From the NCBI GenBank assembly GCA_965199825.1, contig OZ241329.1, forward strand, positions 1 through 64,000: a stretch of DNA of 64,000 nucleotides, read 5' to 3'. The notes under the pieces were generated by a model that worked only from the letters and a program-made list of their open reading frames with translations, had not been told where the DNA came from and did no database searches. A program made the position numbers and the translations under genes. The DNA is from Bdellovibrionales bacterium (GTDB lineage: Bacteria; Bdellovibrionota; Bdellovibrionia; Bdellovibrionales; UBA1609). Positions 1 through 9,572 of this stretch are shown one piece after another. Within the stretch, counting starts at the first letter, position 1; every line of letters starts with the position of its first letter.

Positions 1-1
1 C

Positions 2-805
2 ATTGTTATTGATGCAGACAAAGGTCTTATTTTTTCTTCTGAAGATGAGCTCTATAGTTATTTTTCAAAATCCATTCAAATTCTCGAAGATGAATTTATG
101 CATCTCCGATCAAAAAATGACATTCCTGAAGTCGACTTCGTCAATCACGAGCGCAATTTAAATCTGACACTCGAAGATCCGGATGAGGTTTGGGAAGATC
201 ATAATTTGATCAAAGACATTCCATTAAGAATTTACGTTCGACATTTTATGCAGTCACAAGATTCAGAACCCTTGTTTCACGTAGCGGTTTGTTATCTGAC
301 CGATAATGTTCCGAGTTTTATTTTTTTGCATTTTCCAACTTGTGAGCAAGAGCTGCTGGATGAATACCGCCGGGGCGAATTGATTTATGATCAATCATTA
401 AGACAATTGCCGCTCGGAGCTCTTGAAGGCGATGCCCTTACTGAGGGCGACAACCTCGCACTCGGATTGTACAATGCGATGCTTTCGCTACGAGCTCATG
501 ACAAAGACATTCCCGAAGAGAGCTTTATCGAATTTTATGCTCTTCGCGAAGAGACTCTCAATGAGGCCGACGAAATTTGGCGAAAGCCCGATAGTGTGGG
601 AAATGTGCTTGTGACCTTTATCAAAGATTTTTCGGAGCAAGCCGGGCAAGAACTTCTTTATGTGGTGGTCACCCTAGAGGATGCCCCGTCTAATTCTCAT
701 GCCCTGATGTTTTCATTTCCCACCGAAGACAAATCCCTGGTGGACCGCTATCGCTTTGGCGAAAATTTGCAGGCCGAAGAGGTCGTTCAAGAATCCTCGC
801 ACTAA
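2..805 (+). CDS. Conserved acidic protein with two tandem PBECR2-like (RelE/barnase-like fold) repeats; 5'-partial
   Basis: Frame is open from base 2 (IVIDADKGLIF...). Internal duplication: TLEDPDEVW...FPT...EYRRGE versus TLNEADEIW...FPT...RYRFGE. Family name is from recall. Confidence 0.6.
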   Translation: MVIDADKGLIFSSEDELYSYFSKSIQILEDEFMHLRSKNDIPEVDFVNHERNLNLTLEDPDEVWEDHNLIKDIPLRIYVRHFMQSQDSEPLFHVAVCYLTDNVPSFIFLHFPTCEQELLDEYRRGELIYDQSLRQLPLGALEGDALTEGDNLALGLYNAMLSLRAHDKDIPEESFIEFYALREETLNEADEIWRKPDSVGNVLVTFIKDFSEQAGQELLYVVVTLEDAPSNSHALMFSFPTEDKSLVDRYRFGENLQAEEVVQESSH

Positions 806-885
806 ATTTTTAATGCACCGCCATCAGAGATGACCGCCATTTTATTATCATTTATTTATCAATTCACTTTCAAGAAGGAGTCACT

Positions 886-1269
886 ATGTCCCAACGACGT
901 GAATTTTTAAAAAACCTGGCTTTTGGAACAGGCGCATTGGCCTCAACCCAACTGTTTTCTTCTCCCCTTTTTGCTGCATCAGCAAAAAAAGCGGGTGGAC
1001 TTAAAAAACTAACCGCGGCGGATCTCGTTGTGGAAGGTGCGGCAACTGCGGGTGGTCTGCACTATTGTGCAAATCCCGATAAGGATGCAAAAAACTGTGA
1101 AGAGCGCAAAGATCCATCACGTAAATCTCAATTTTGTGTGGGTTGCTCACAGTACACTGCAGCTGGAAGCTACAACGGTGTTGAAGCCGGTAAGTGTGCG
1201 GTGATTGCTGATCCACCAGACAAATATGTGATGAAAACCGGTTGGTGTGCCGCTTGGTCAGCAAAGTAA
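886..1269 (+). CDS. High-potential iron-sulfur protein (HiPIP), Tat-exported
   Basis: Twin-arginine signal SQRREFLK; CxxC...C...GWC cluster ligands; AAGGAG RBS. Confidence 0.85.
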   Translation: MSQRREFLKNLAFGTGALASTQLFSSPLFAASAKKAGGLKKLTAADLVVEGAATAGGLHYCANPDKDAKNCEERKDPSRKSQFCVGCSQYTAAGSYNGVEAGKCAVIADPPDKYVMKTGWCAAWSAK

Positions 1270-1300
1270 AATCAGCGAAATAGGAAACTTTCTTCCTTCA

Positions 1301-1331
1301 TCCTTAGTCGAGTTTGATCAATGACTAAGGA
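1301..1331 (+). terminator. Stem-loop downstream of HiPIP
   Basis: TCCTTAGTC...GACTAAGGA inverted repeat; weak U-tail. Confidence 0.45.
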
Positions 1332-1362
1332 CGAAACTTAATTATTTAGCTAACCTTGTTTT

Positions 1363-2361
1363 ATGACAAAAAAAATTACCGTGATCCCCGGCGATGGGAT
1401 TGGTCCTGAAATTACCGCTCAAGTTTTGCGGGTTTTAAAAGCTTTAAATTTGAATCTCGAATTTATTGAAATGTCCGCAGGACTTGAGTGCTTCGAAAAA
1501 ACCGGCGAGTTGCTGCCCGAAAAAACTTTGCTCTCCATGAGCGAGACGGGTTTAGCACTTAAAGGACCCACCACAACTCCGATTGGCAAAGGCCACAAAT
1601 CGATCAATGTGGTATTAAGACAAAAATTCGATCTTTATGCCAACGTGCGCCCCGTACATGCGTTACCTAATTTAAGTTGTGTGAACGACCATGCCGATTT
1701 TACCATCGTTCGCGAAAATACCGAAGGCTCCTACATCGGTGTTGAACGAATGGTTGATGAAGACACTGCTGAAAGCATTAAGCGTATCACTCGAAAAGCC
1801 TCGATGCGCATTTCTGAATATGCTTTCGAGTTGGCACAAAAAGAAGGTCGTAACCTTGTGACCTGTGTTCATAAAGCCAACATTATGAAATTGAGTGATG
1901 GCTTGTTTTTAAGTTGCTTTCAAGAGGTGGCAAAGCGCTATCCCGATATCAAAGCCAAAGATATGATCGTCGACAATTGCTGTATGCAGATGGTGACTCA
2001 TCCCGAACAATTTCAGGTGATCGTGACCGAAAATTTATATGGAGATATTATCTCTGATTTAGGTGCAGGATTGGTTGGCGGTTTAGGAGTTCAACCCGGA
2101 GCTAACATTGGCCAAAAATGTGCGATGTTTGAAGCCGTACATGGATCAGCGCCCGATATCGCAGGACAAAATAAAGCCAATCCGATTGCCCTTTTGCAGA
2201 GTGCAGGAATGCTGTTGACCCATATTGGTGAGAGAGCCGCACGTGATCGCATCATGTCTGCAATCAAAACCGTGTTGACTCATAAGGAAGCTCTCACCGG
2301 TGATCTTGGTGGTAAGGGTTCAACCGAAAGTGTCACAACAAAAATTATTGAGTGCCTTTAA
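1363..2361 (+). CDS. idh: Isocitrate/isopropylmalate dehydrogenase family (NAD-dependent IDH-like)
   Basis: IPGDGIGPE, HKANIMK, ENLYGDIISD, FEAVHGSAPDIAG motifs. Confidence 0.9.
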   Translation: MTKKITVIPGDGIGPEITAQVLRVLKALNLNLEFIEMSAGLECFEKTGELLPEKTLLSMSETGLALKGPTTTPIGKGHKSINVVLRQKFDLYANVRPVHALPNLSCVNDHADFTIVRENTEGSYIGVERMVDEDTAESIKRITRKASMRISEYAFELAQKEGRNLVTCVHKANIMKLSDGLFLSCFQEVAKRYPDIKAKDMIVDNCCMQMVTHPEQFQVIVTENLYGDIISDLGAGLVGGLGVQPGANIGQKCAMFEAVHGSAPDIAGQNKANPIALLQSAGMLLTHIGERAARDRIMSAIKTVLTHKEALTGDLGGKGSTESVTTKIIECL

Positions 2362-3083
2362 AGCGACAACACCGCTTGAAAATGAATTTCACGATTAAAG
2401 GCATCTGTCATGGTTGCCGGAAATTGAATTTGATGGGTTGCGACCTGCAGGCATGATTCTAAATTGTGCCGGATGGCGTTTTGGCCGACCCCATCAAATC
2501 GCACCACACTCTCGGCAATTGCTCCCACTTTTGAAACCTTGAGTGAGAATCGCACCCGACCATTGAGCGAGCTATCTTTGAGTAAAGCGCTATCGTAACA
2601 GGTTTGGAATTGATGTTGATAGCGTCCCAAATATTGGGTCACTTGATCTTTGTCGTTAGACTTATCCATTTTTTCTAGAGGAATATTTTGGGGGATCACG
2701 CGCTGTAAACTTGTGCGCTGAGAAATTGGTTGTGATTTTGATTTGGCAATCGCTCTCACGTTCAGAATTCGATACTTATCAAATAGCTTTTGGGCTTCGG
2801 TCTTTGGCTTTTTCTTTTCAACCGGCATGACGATATCTGATGAACCATCATACACCGGCTCAACATCTGAACTTGCACTCATCTCAACTTCCACCGTTTC
2901 TAGAGTGGGACTTTCAGAATTCTCAAGCGCGGCCAAAATTTTTGATTGTGGAGCTAACACCAAACCCAAAAACGCCGCCACATGAACAATCACCGAGGCA
3001 AGAGTTGCAAATGGCAAGCGGGCGGTTGGGATTTTTTGAAGCCATTGCCGAGGGGTGGTATCTAAAAAAGTATTAAAGCTCAT
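2358..3083 (-). CDS. AgmX/PglI C-terminal (TonB-C-like) domain membrane protein, GltG-like
   Basis: N-terminal TM with SxxxH (SVIVH); C-terminal CYDSALLKDSSLNGRV...CL...IQFP. Confidence 0.75.
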   Translation of the reverse strand: MSFNTFLDTTPRQWLQKIPTARLPFATLASVIVHVAAFLGLVLAPQSKILAALENSESPTLETVEVEMSASSDVEPVYDGSSDIVMPVEKKKPKTEAQKLFDKYRILNVRAIAKSKSQPISQRTSLQRVIPQNIPLEKMDKSNDKDQVTQYLGRYQHQFQTCYDSALLKDSSLNGRVRFSLKVSKVGAIAESVVRFDGVGQNAIRHNLESCLQVATHQIQFPATMTDAFNREIHFQAVLSL

Positions 3084-3285
3084 GCTTATTCCTCTTTAAG
3101 AGTTCTTTTTCGAATTCTTTAAAACTCAATTCGCTCAGCTCTTTAATCTGGTCAGGATGAAGGGTTTTGAGCTGGTAAAAATCAACCGAAGGCTTTCGCA
3201 CATCGCCTTGGATTTTTAATTCTCCAAGATCCATCACTTCTTTTGAATGAGCCATCATCAAACTCAAGAGCACGATCATAATCAT
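3073..3285 (-). CDS. Small secreted CglF/GltF-like protein
   Basis: MDLGELKIQGDVRKPS resembles the CglF I(E/Q)GxxxKP motif; ATGA overlap with the upstream TPR gene. Confidence 0.55.
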   Translation of the reverse strand: MIMIVLLSLMMAHSKEVMDLGELKIQGDVRKPSVDFYQLKTLHPDQIKELSELSFKEFEKELLKRNKHEL

Positions 3286-5174
3286 AAACGGGTCTCCCAA
3301 ATGTGAGCAAGATGACTAAGCTGACTTAAAGATTTATTCTTTTGTAATTGAGATTGAAAACTATTGAGACCCTTTTTTAAAATCGATTTATAAATCTCAG
3401 CATAAAAACTGGAAGACCAATGATGAGTTTTAAGTAAGCGCAGTGCATTTGCCGACTCGGCCATTCCCTTTTCGGTCTCAGGTGTGTTGATCAATATTTG
3501 ATTCACACTTTGAACTTTTTGAATCGCCTGAATATCTGGTGACGACTCCGCAATAGGTTCAGAATGAAGAAGACGTTGCGCCAATTTCATTTTATTTGCT
3601 ACAGGATCGTTAAGCTTTTCAAATTGGCTTAAAGAATTTTGGCTGAGAGATAAGAGCAACTGATCGTTGTGCTCCACGATCGGGCTAAAATGATCCCACG
3701 ATTCGATAATTTTGGCTAATCCATAGCGCTCAACAAGTTTATTAAACAATTTCAGTTGATCATCCGAGCTCAGCTCTAAAAGATGATCCGCAGCTAAACA
3801 GTTTTTAAGAGAATCTTGGTTATTGAGAGTCAAAACCAAGCAGGTGGTTTTGTTGGGTGAAGCTAACGATAAAGAATTTAAAAACTCGGTTTTATTATTT
3901 TTTAAATCTTGGTTGAGCACATAAATCAGATTCTCATCCAAAGACATATTGCCTTTGTTTTTTTGCCACATCGCCAATCGAAAAGACGGCGAAAATCTTG
4001 AATCTTCGACCAATGTTTTGGCGAGTTCTTGATCCATTGGATAATTTGCGATCCAATTCTGCTTTTCAAATTCGGTACGCATTACGGTATCATCAGCAAT
4101 CAGCGAAAGATAAGTTTTGAGCCACGGGCTTTGATCGCGAAGAGCAGAAATATAAAACTGGGGCTGTGCGGGCAAATGAGCCACATCCAAATTGTGTTTA
4201 CATACCGAAAACAAAAGATTGAAATACTCAACCAAGTTGAGATTTTGGGGCACACTCGCTTTGATCCGCAATTCACAAGCCTTGGTGTTATCCCCAATTT
4301 TTTTGAATATTTCGCTCGCCAAAATAAAATCTTCTGGAGCGAATTGTTTAAAAGATAAAAACACCGCCGCCGATTTTTGATTGGGACATTGAACTAAAGC
4401 CTGTTTCAACTCTGGAGTGGGTACTACGAGCTCTTGATATTGGCTTGCGATGTCTACCTTGGTACAAGCTTTATAAGGTCCCTTAAAAACTTGGGTGAGC
4501 CAGCTGTCGGTAAAATTGCTCGGAAGAATATGGATCATCTTGACCGGGTCGATTTTTTTTTCGCGCTCAAGACTTGCTGCAAACCCGGCTACAAAATCAT
4601 CAGCAAGCGCATCATCCATGGGCTGGGGTTGAAACACTTTGTGCGACAAATAGGCCTCGCCAAGGCTTCGCCCCATATCTTTGACAATATCTTTTTTAAG
4701 ACGGCAAAGGCTGCAGGTTTTGATCCAGCTTGAGAGCCTTTGATAAGCGGCAAATTGATTTTTTAAATTCAAATCGCACCAGGCAATTTGATACTGAAAA
4801 TATTCTTGATCGGCCTCAGATAAATTTTTTGTGTTCAGCGCAGTTTCAAATAGGCTTTTCGCTTTTTGAAACTGACCATTAGAGTAAAACCCCTCACCGC
4901 TTAATTTGAGAAGTTTAAGTTTTAAATCAAGGGCCAATGACGAATCATTTTGAGCAGCATAGGCCGCATACAAATAAGGTTTAACTTGAACTTTGTCCTC
5001 TGGAGCAAAGGCCAATAGGGTTGCAAGGCGCGCTTGCTCACCAGAGTCGTGAGTCGAATTATAAAGTGACTCAGCATGGGCAAAGGCTGCCGGATTTTTT
5101 TGCCGGATCTCGAGCAAAATCTGGGGCGACTGTGCAAATGCGATTTGAAAAAGAACAAATAAACCTATGAGCAT
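3282..5174 (-). CDS. Secreted TPR/alpha-helical repeat protein
   Basis: Signal peptide MLIGLFVLFQIAFA; TPR-like GEGFYSNGQFQKA and YQIAWCDLNL. Start moved to 5174. Confidence 0.7.
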   Translation of the reverse strand: MLIGLFVLFQIAFAQSPQILLEIRQKNPAAFAHAESLYNSTHDSGEQARLATLLAFAPEDKVQVKPYLYAAYAAQNDSSLALDLKLKLLKLSGEGFYSNGQFQKAKSLFETALNTKNLSEADQEYFQYQIAWCDLNLKNQFAAYQRLSSWIKTCSLCRLKKDIVKDMGRSLGEAYLSHKVFQPQPMDDALADDFVAGFAASLEREKKIDPVKMIHILPSNFTDSWLTQVFKGPYKACTKVDIASQYQELVVPTPELKQALVQCPNQKSAAVFLSFKQFAPEDFILASEIFKKIGDNTKACELRIKASVPQNLNLVEYFNLLFSVCKHNLDVAHLPAQPQFYISALRDQSPWLKTYLSLIADDTVMRTEFEKQNWIANYPMDQELAKTLVEDSRFSPSFRLAMWQKNKGNMSLDENLIYVLNQDLKNNKTEFLNSLSLASPNKTTCLVLTLNNQDSLKNCLAADHLLELSSDDQLKLFNKLVERYGLAKIIESWDHFSPIVEHNDQLLLSLSQNSLSQFEKLNDPVANKMKLAQRLLHSEPIAESSPDIQAIQKVQSVNQILINTPETEKGMAESANALRLLKTHHWSSSFYAEIYKSILKKGLNSFQSQLQKNKSLSQLSHLAHIWETRL

Positions 5175-5611
5175 TGTGATTTTACCAAAACTTTTAGGTT
5201 TTCTGGTGATTTGATTTTGGCATAGTCTTTGGGACTTAAGCGCCACAACTGACTTTTTTGGATCACATCCTCAACAAATGGTTTTTTTGTATTGTGTTGA
5301 TTCTCGACAAATTCTTTATATTCTTTTTTGAGCTGCACAATCTGAAGAGCTTTGAGACTCAAAGGTCCGACCGATTGAAACTGAGAGATTTCTTGATATC
5401 TACAGTGTTTGGCCAAAGCCATAATTTCTAAAGCGAGCCACTGATCTTTTAAATCTGGCGAAAGCGCTGACCATTGATTCAGGTGCGCCCAAACTGTCAT
5501 TCCAAAAAATGAATCAAAATCATTTTTCTGATATGCCATTTGAGCCCGTTCGAATATCGAAGGTGAGCTTCCAAAAACTGGCAAAATAATGAGGAGTTTC
5601 AATATAAACAC
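5165..5611 (-). CDS. Secreted hypothetical protein
   Basis: Signal peptide; tight packing within the operon. Confidence 0.65.
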   Translation of the reverse strand: MFILKLLIILPVFGSSPSIFERAQMAYQKNDFDSFFGMTVWAHLNQWSALSPDLKDQWLALEIMALAKHCRYQEISQFQSVGPLSLKALQIVQLKKEYKEFVENQHNTKKPFVEDVIQKSQLWRLSPKDYAKIKSPENLKVLVKSQCS

Positions 5612-5614
5612 GTT

Positions 5615-7009
5615 TTATAGACTTTCTCTAAACGCATTCAGGACTTTGAGCTGATTTTCGATTTCCTGAGCCCAATAAAAATGGGGCACTGGGGGATAGC
5701 CCATCAGGATCCCATGGGTTTTAACTTCCACATTCTCACCATTTGAGTTGTCCACATCCTCCACCACGAATTGTACGGCGTTGGCCGTCTCAAAAAGATG
5801 AGGTATAAAAAATCTAAAAGCAGGTTGATGCTGAATGGATGACAGCTCTTCATAGCCTTTGAGTAAAGCTTGAGGAATGTGTTGGTGGTCTTTTGCAAAA
5901 AGCAAAATTTCACCATCGTTTAAGCGCTGATTTTCGCAGGCAGGAATTTGGAAATAGGATTGTTTAGAAAGCCGCTTGTTATAAAATCTTTGGCATAATT
6001 CTCGAGCCTGATTGAGATAAATATTTTGATCTGCATCAGGGATTGGTAATCCAAAACTTTGTGCATCCGACTTCAAAGCTTTAAGACTGCGCGCCCAGTG
6101 AAATAGACCAAAACTTTGGGCTATTTCTTGGCGAAGTTGTGCAAATTCATTTAAAGAAATAATTCGCGCTTCTACCTTTTCTATTTTTTGATCTTTAAGT
6201 TGATCGCCGGGACCAAGAGTCCCCACCCCATTGTCACCTTGGGGACCTTTTGATCCTCCAAGCACACTCACTTTAAAATTCATTTCACCTTTGCCGCAGA
6301 CCAGATGGACTTCTTTTCCGCCATCGCCACCCTCACCTCCCGCACCGGGCAGGCCTCCGGGACCGGGCTCGCCTTGAATTCCAGACTCACTCTTGATCTG
6401 TGCGGTTTGCAGTGAAGTCGAAGTTTCGATATTGATCGGAATGGCTTTGCCTCCACTTCCAGGTAGAGCCCCCTTCCCGCCCGTTTGTCCTTGGCCGCCT
6501 TTACCACCGTGAGTACCCACAATATTTTGGCCAAATAAAATTCCAAAACAGCTGGCTTTTGCATCAAGACCGCTTGAGCCCTTTGGACCTTGAGCACCTT
6601 GAAGACCTTGACCTCCACGTCCACCTTTTTGGCCCGTACCATCGATCACAACTTCGCCTGTGATGCTGGTTGCAAAAATCTCGATGGGTTTCACATCTTG
6701 TTTCCCGCTTTGACCTTGAACGCCCAAAGCACCTTGAGTTGCTGGAGAGTTAAAACCACGGATTGCTCCACCCGCAAAGTTAAGAACAGCCACATCAATT
6801 TTTAACTGAAATCCATTGGTGATGATTGGACCTTGAAGATCGAGTTCATCAACTTTGATGGTCATATCTTTATCGAGCTCAAAACCCTCTTTGGGAATTG
6901 TGATCTGGTGGCGATTTCGATAAAGACCAATATGGAGATGATTTTTTTCAAGCGCCATCGGAATTTCAAGAGCTTTAGCAAAAACAAAAAGCATCATTAA
7001 CAATTTCAT
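5615..7009 (-). CDS. Secreted collagen-like (Gly-X-Y) protein
   Basis: Signal peptide; several interrupted GXY runs (GQKGGRGGQGLQGAQGPKGSSG; GIQGEPGPGGLPGAGGEGGDGG). Confidence 0.8.
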   Translation of the reverse strand: MKLLMMLFVFAKALEIPMALEKNHLHIGLYRNRHQITIPKEGFELDKDMTIKVDELDLQGPIITNGFQLKIDVAVLNFAGGAIRGFNSPATQGALGVQGQSGKQDVKPIEIFATSITGEVVIDGTGQKGGRGGQGLQGAQGPKGSSGLDAKASCFGILFGQNIVGTHGGKGGQGQTGGKGALPGSGGKAIPINIETSTSLQTAQIKSESGIQGEPGPGGLPGAGGEGGDGGKEVHLVCGKGEMNFKVSVLGGSKGPQGDNGVGTLGPGDQLKDQKIEKVEARIISLNEFAQLRQEIAQSFGLFHWARSLKALKSDAQSFGLPIPDADQNIYLNQARELCQRFYNKRLSKQSYFQIPACENQRLNDGEILLFAKDHQHIPQALLKGYEELSSIQHQPAFRFFIPHLFETANAVQFVVEDVDNSNGENVEVKTHGILMGYPPVPHFYWAQEIENQLKVLNAFRESL

Positions 7010-8916
7010 TATTGTTTCTCCAAAATCAGTTGCGAGGCGGTGGTTTCATCGGTCAATTGCTCGGCAGCCGCTAACCCAAGTTCATTCCAGCATTGTCGGG
7101 TCGAGCAAACGTTGGGTAAAAAACGATTGAGACGATCGGGTTCAACAAATATTCTTGTGAGACCGCTAGTTGTGCGCGACGCGGACATGAGTAAAGATCT
7201 TTTTGTATACGCATCGAGCTGATCAATTGCTTTTGGTTGAGCCTTTGAATCACCCAAAGCCTCTTTAGTTTGGGCAAGCGACTGCTTGTAGCCTTCCCAA
7301 TCCAAAACTTTAGGATCTTGGGTTTTTTGATAAACAACTCGGGGAAGTTTGGATTTTTCAAAATCTGTAATTTTCAGTTTGAGTGCACCCGCTGTTTCTA
7401 AGGTCACAGGAAAATAATAAGTGCCTGGTCCATCAAGCGATTGATCGGTCATTCGCAGTCCGATCACCATTGTGATCGCGGGCAATGACAAGTTGATAAA
7501 TGATCCATCAAAGGATTTGGCTTTTACTGTTAAAGGCTGACCTTTGTTGAACACAACAGAATCAAACGCCATCTGAATATCAGAAGTCTCTTCAATCGAG
7601 GGTGCCCCATGGATTTCGATACATCCTGGTTTTTGGGTCATCGCCCAAGACCACTCTTTGGCCTCGATCTCACGCTTTTGCACACCATTTTGGTTGAGCC
7701 ATAAACAATATTTGTCGAGAGCACCCGCAAATTGATCATTGTCTAAAGTCCAAAGTTCTAATTTTTTATACAGAGCAAGTTCAAGTGGATTTGATGCGGT
7801 CATTTGGTCATCCATGTGAACAGTACTGTTCAGGCGGTGTTTTAACCAAAGAGTGATTAAATCTTTAGAGGAGTCGTCGAGTTGGACCTGACCTTGAGCG
7901 ATTGCATTTTCTAATGAGCGCAGGATTTGTTCGACCCATAAGAGTTGTTTCTCAAACGAAGGTGGTGCACTGAGCCGAGTGGGCAAGAGTTCCAGCAAAT
8001 GGAGAGTTCGAAGATTGTCATCATAAGACATTTTTGGGGATGACTTCTGAAATGCCTCTTTGAGAGTTTCAAAATGCTGCTCGATCAAATTTGGTGGCAG
8101 ATCTTTTGTGGCATGAACCAATCCAGAATCTTGAGTTATAAAATGAAGCAGATCTAAAAGATTATTTTTTTCGACCAAGGCTTTAAAGTTTTCAGCACTC
8201 TTAAGCCAATCGACAATCACTCGATTTAAAAATGGATTTGCACCAAACTCGGTTTGATTGACCTGCACCATTTGGGCTGCAAGATGCGCCTGACCACTCT
8301 GAAGCAATGCCGAAATCAATCGTGCCCACTCTTCGGCAGAGAGACTTTTGAGAAGGTTCAATCGATCCGCAGTGGGGCCAAATGAATATTGTGAAATAAT
8401 AAAGGCCGCAAATTGATTGGTGTTCAGATCAAAATTGAGACTTGAGGTTTGGATATCTTCTGTAGAACGAAGACTCGGTTTTAAAAAATGATCAAGATAG
8501 CTTTTTAAAACCTTGTTGCTGATGGGCAAGCCACATGACTTTTTATTGCCGTAGATATATTCGAATCCATTGTTTAACTTTAATGCAAGCTGTGCAAATT
8601 GCTCAAAGGCCTCGGGGCTACACGCCTGTTGGCCGAGTTCAAATATGCGAACTTGAAATCGATCAGGAAGGGTTTGGATCGCTTCCTGTGAGCTTGACCA
8701 AAACTGAACCCAATCGAATCCAGCACGTCGATCGCTCTCCAACTTTTTAACAGCAATTTCTTTTTTTTCATCCGTATCGGCTTTAAGTAGAATCTGGATC
8801 GCATTATCGGCGGTGATGCCGGCGTGCACTAAGGTAGGATCAGATCCCTTACAATTTGTAAGACAAAACCCTGCGAGGACTAGAAATAAAAATTTGGATT
8901 GAATCATCGATCTCAT
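7009..8916 (-). CDS. Large hypothetical protein, probable lipoprotein
   Basis: Lipobox-like LTNC. TAATG overlap with the collagen gene. Start is probably 8916 or 8907 given the sigma54 promoter position. Confidence 0.7.
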   Translation of the reverse strand: MRSMIQSKFLFLVLAGFCLTNCKGSDPTLVHAGITADNAIQILLKADTDEKKEIAVKKLESDRRAGFDWVQFWSSSQEAIQTLPDRFQVRIFELGQQACSPEAFEQFAQLALKLNNGFEYIYGNKKSCGLPISNKVLKSYLDHFLKPSLRSTEDIQTSSLNFDLNTNQFAAFIISQYSFGPTADRLNLLKSLSAEEWARLISALLQSGQAHLAAQMVQVNQTEFGANPFLNRVIVDWLKSAENFKALVEKNNLLDLLHFITQDSGLVHATKDLPPNLIEQHFETLKEAFQKSSPKMSYDDNLRTLHLLELLPTRLSAPPSFEKQLLWVEQILRSLENAIAQGQVQLDDSSKDLITLWLKHRLNSTVHMDDQMTASNPLELALYKKLELWTLDNDQFAGALDKYCLWLNQNGVQKREIEAKEWSWAMTQKPGCIEIHGAPSIEETSDIQMAFDSVVFNKGQPLTVKAKSFDGSFINLSLPAITMVIGLRMTDQSLDGPGTYYFPVTLETAGALKLKITDFEKSKLPRVVYQKTQDPKVLDWEGYKQSLAQTKEALGDSKAQPKAIDQLDAYTKRSLLMSASRTTSGLTRIFVEPDRLNRFLPNVCSTRQCWNELGLAAAEQLTDETTASQLILEKQ

Positions 8917-8929
8917 ATTCAGCATTCAG

Positions 8930-8945
8930 AGCAAACCGTATACCA
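8930..8945 (-). promoter_or_regulatory. Sigma54 -24/-12 promoter for the lipoprotein-collagen operon
   Basis: Minus strand TGGTATACGGTTTGCT (GG-N10-GC). Confidence 0.7.
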
Positions 8946-8961
8946 TGGCATTCATTTTGCT
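8946..8961 (+). promoter_or_regulatory. Sigma54 -24/-12 promoter for the beta-barrel gene
   Basis: TGGCATTCATTTTGCT (GG-N10-GC); predicted +1 lies at about the ATG at 8973. Confidence 0.75.
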
Positions 8962-8972
8962 GATTTTGGTTT

Positions 8973-9572
8973 ATGAGAATTTTAGTATTGTTATTTATGT
9001 CTTCCTTCGTTCACGCTCAAGATTTTAAATCCTATGGTTCACTTATGATTCAAGACGAGCAGGCCTTTGTAACTGGATTCGAAGCCCATGTGTCGTTGGG
9101 CTACGACGTGACCAACCCTTACCTAAATAGTTTTAATGCCGACACCATGCTGATTTACAATGCTCATCCGTTGTTTTCTTTTGGACTCGAAAGTTTGATG
9201 TTTTCGATGTCACCCAATCGCTACAATCAATTGTTGTCTTCAGAAATCGGCGCCTTCGGAATCACCGCCAATGACGATCGGCCCAAAGCCGAATCGATTG
9301 CGATCATGCGGCTTAAACTTTTGAATGGCCGGGTAAATCTTTTGGGTACAGGTGCATTGGCATTTAAGTTTTCACTTAAAATTGGAACAGGTCTGATCTG
9401 GAATTCGGATTCGAATACTCACGGTGTGACAAGTTGGGGTTTTGAACAGCAACTCTTTTTTACCGATCATTGGGCTACCACTTTAAAATTTGATCAAGAT
9501 GTCGAATCCCTTTTGGCCGGGCACGAAATTTACCGCAACCGCTTGGGCTTTGGGGTGAGTTATCTTTTTTAG
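8973..9572 (+). CDS. Outer membrane beta-barrel protein (myxobacterial GltA/B/H-like family)
   Basis: Signal peptide; NPYLNS and LNGRVNLLG motifs; C-terminal GFGVSYLF beta-signal. Confidence 0.7.
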   Translation: MRILVLLFMSSFVHAQDFKSYGSLMIQDEQAFVTGFEAHVSLGYDVTNPYLNSFNADTMLIYNAHPLFSFGLESLMFSMSPNRYNQLLSSEIGAFGITANDDRPKAESIAIMRLKLLNGRVNLLGTGALAFKFSLKIGTGLIWNSDSNTHGVTSWGFEQQLFFTDHWATTLKFDQDVESLLAGHEIYRNRLGFGVSYLF

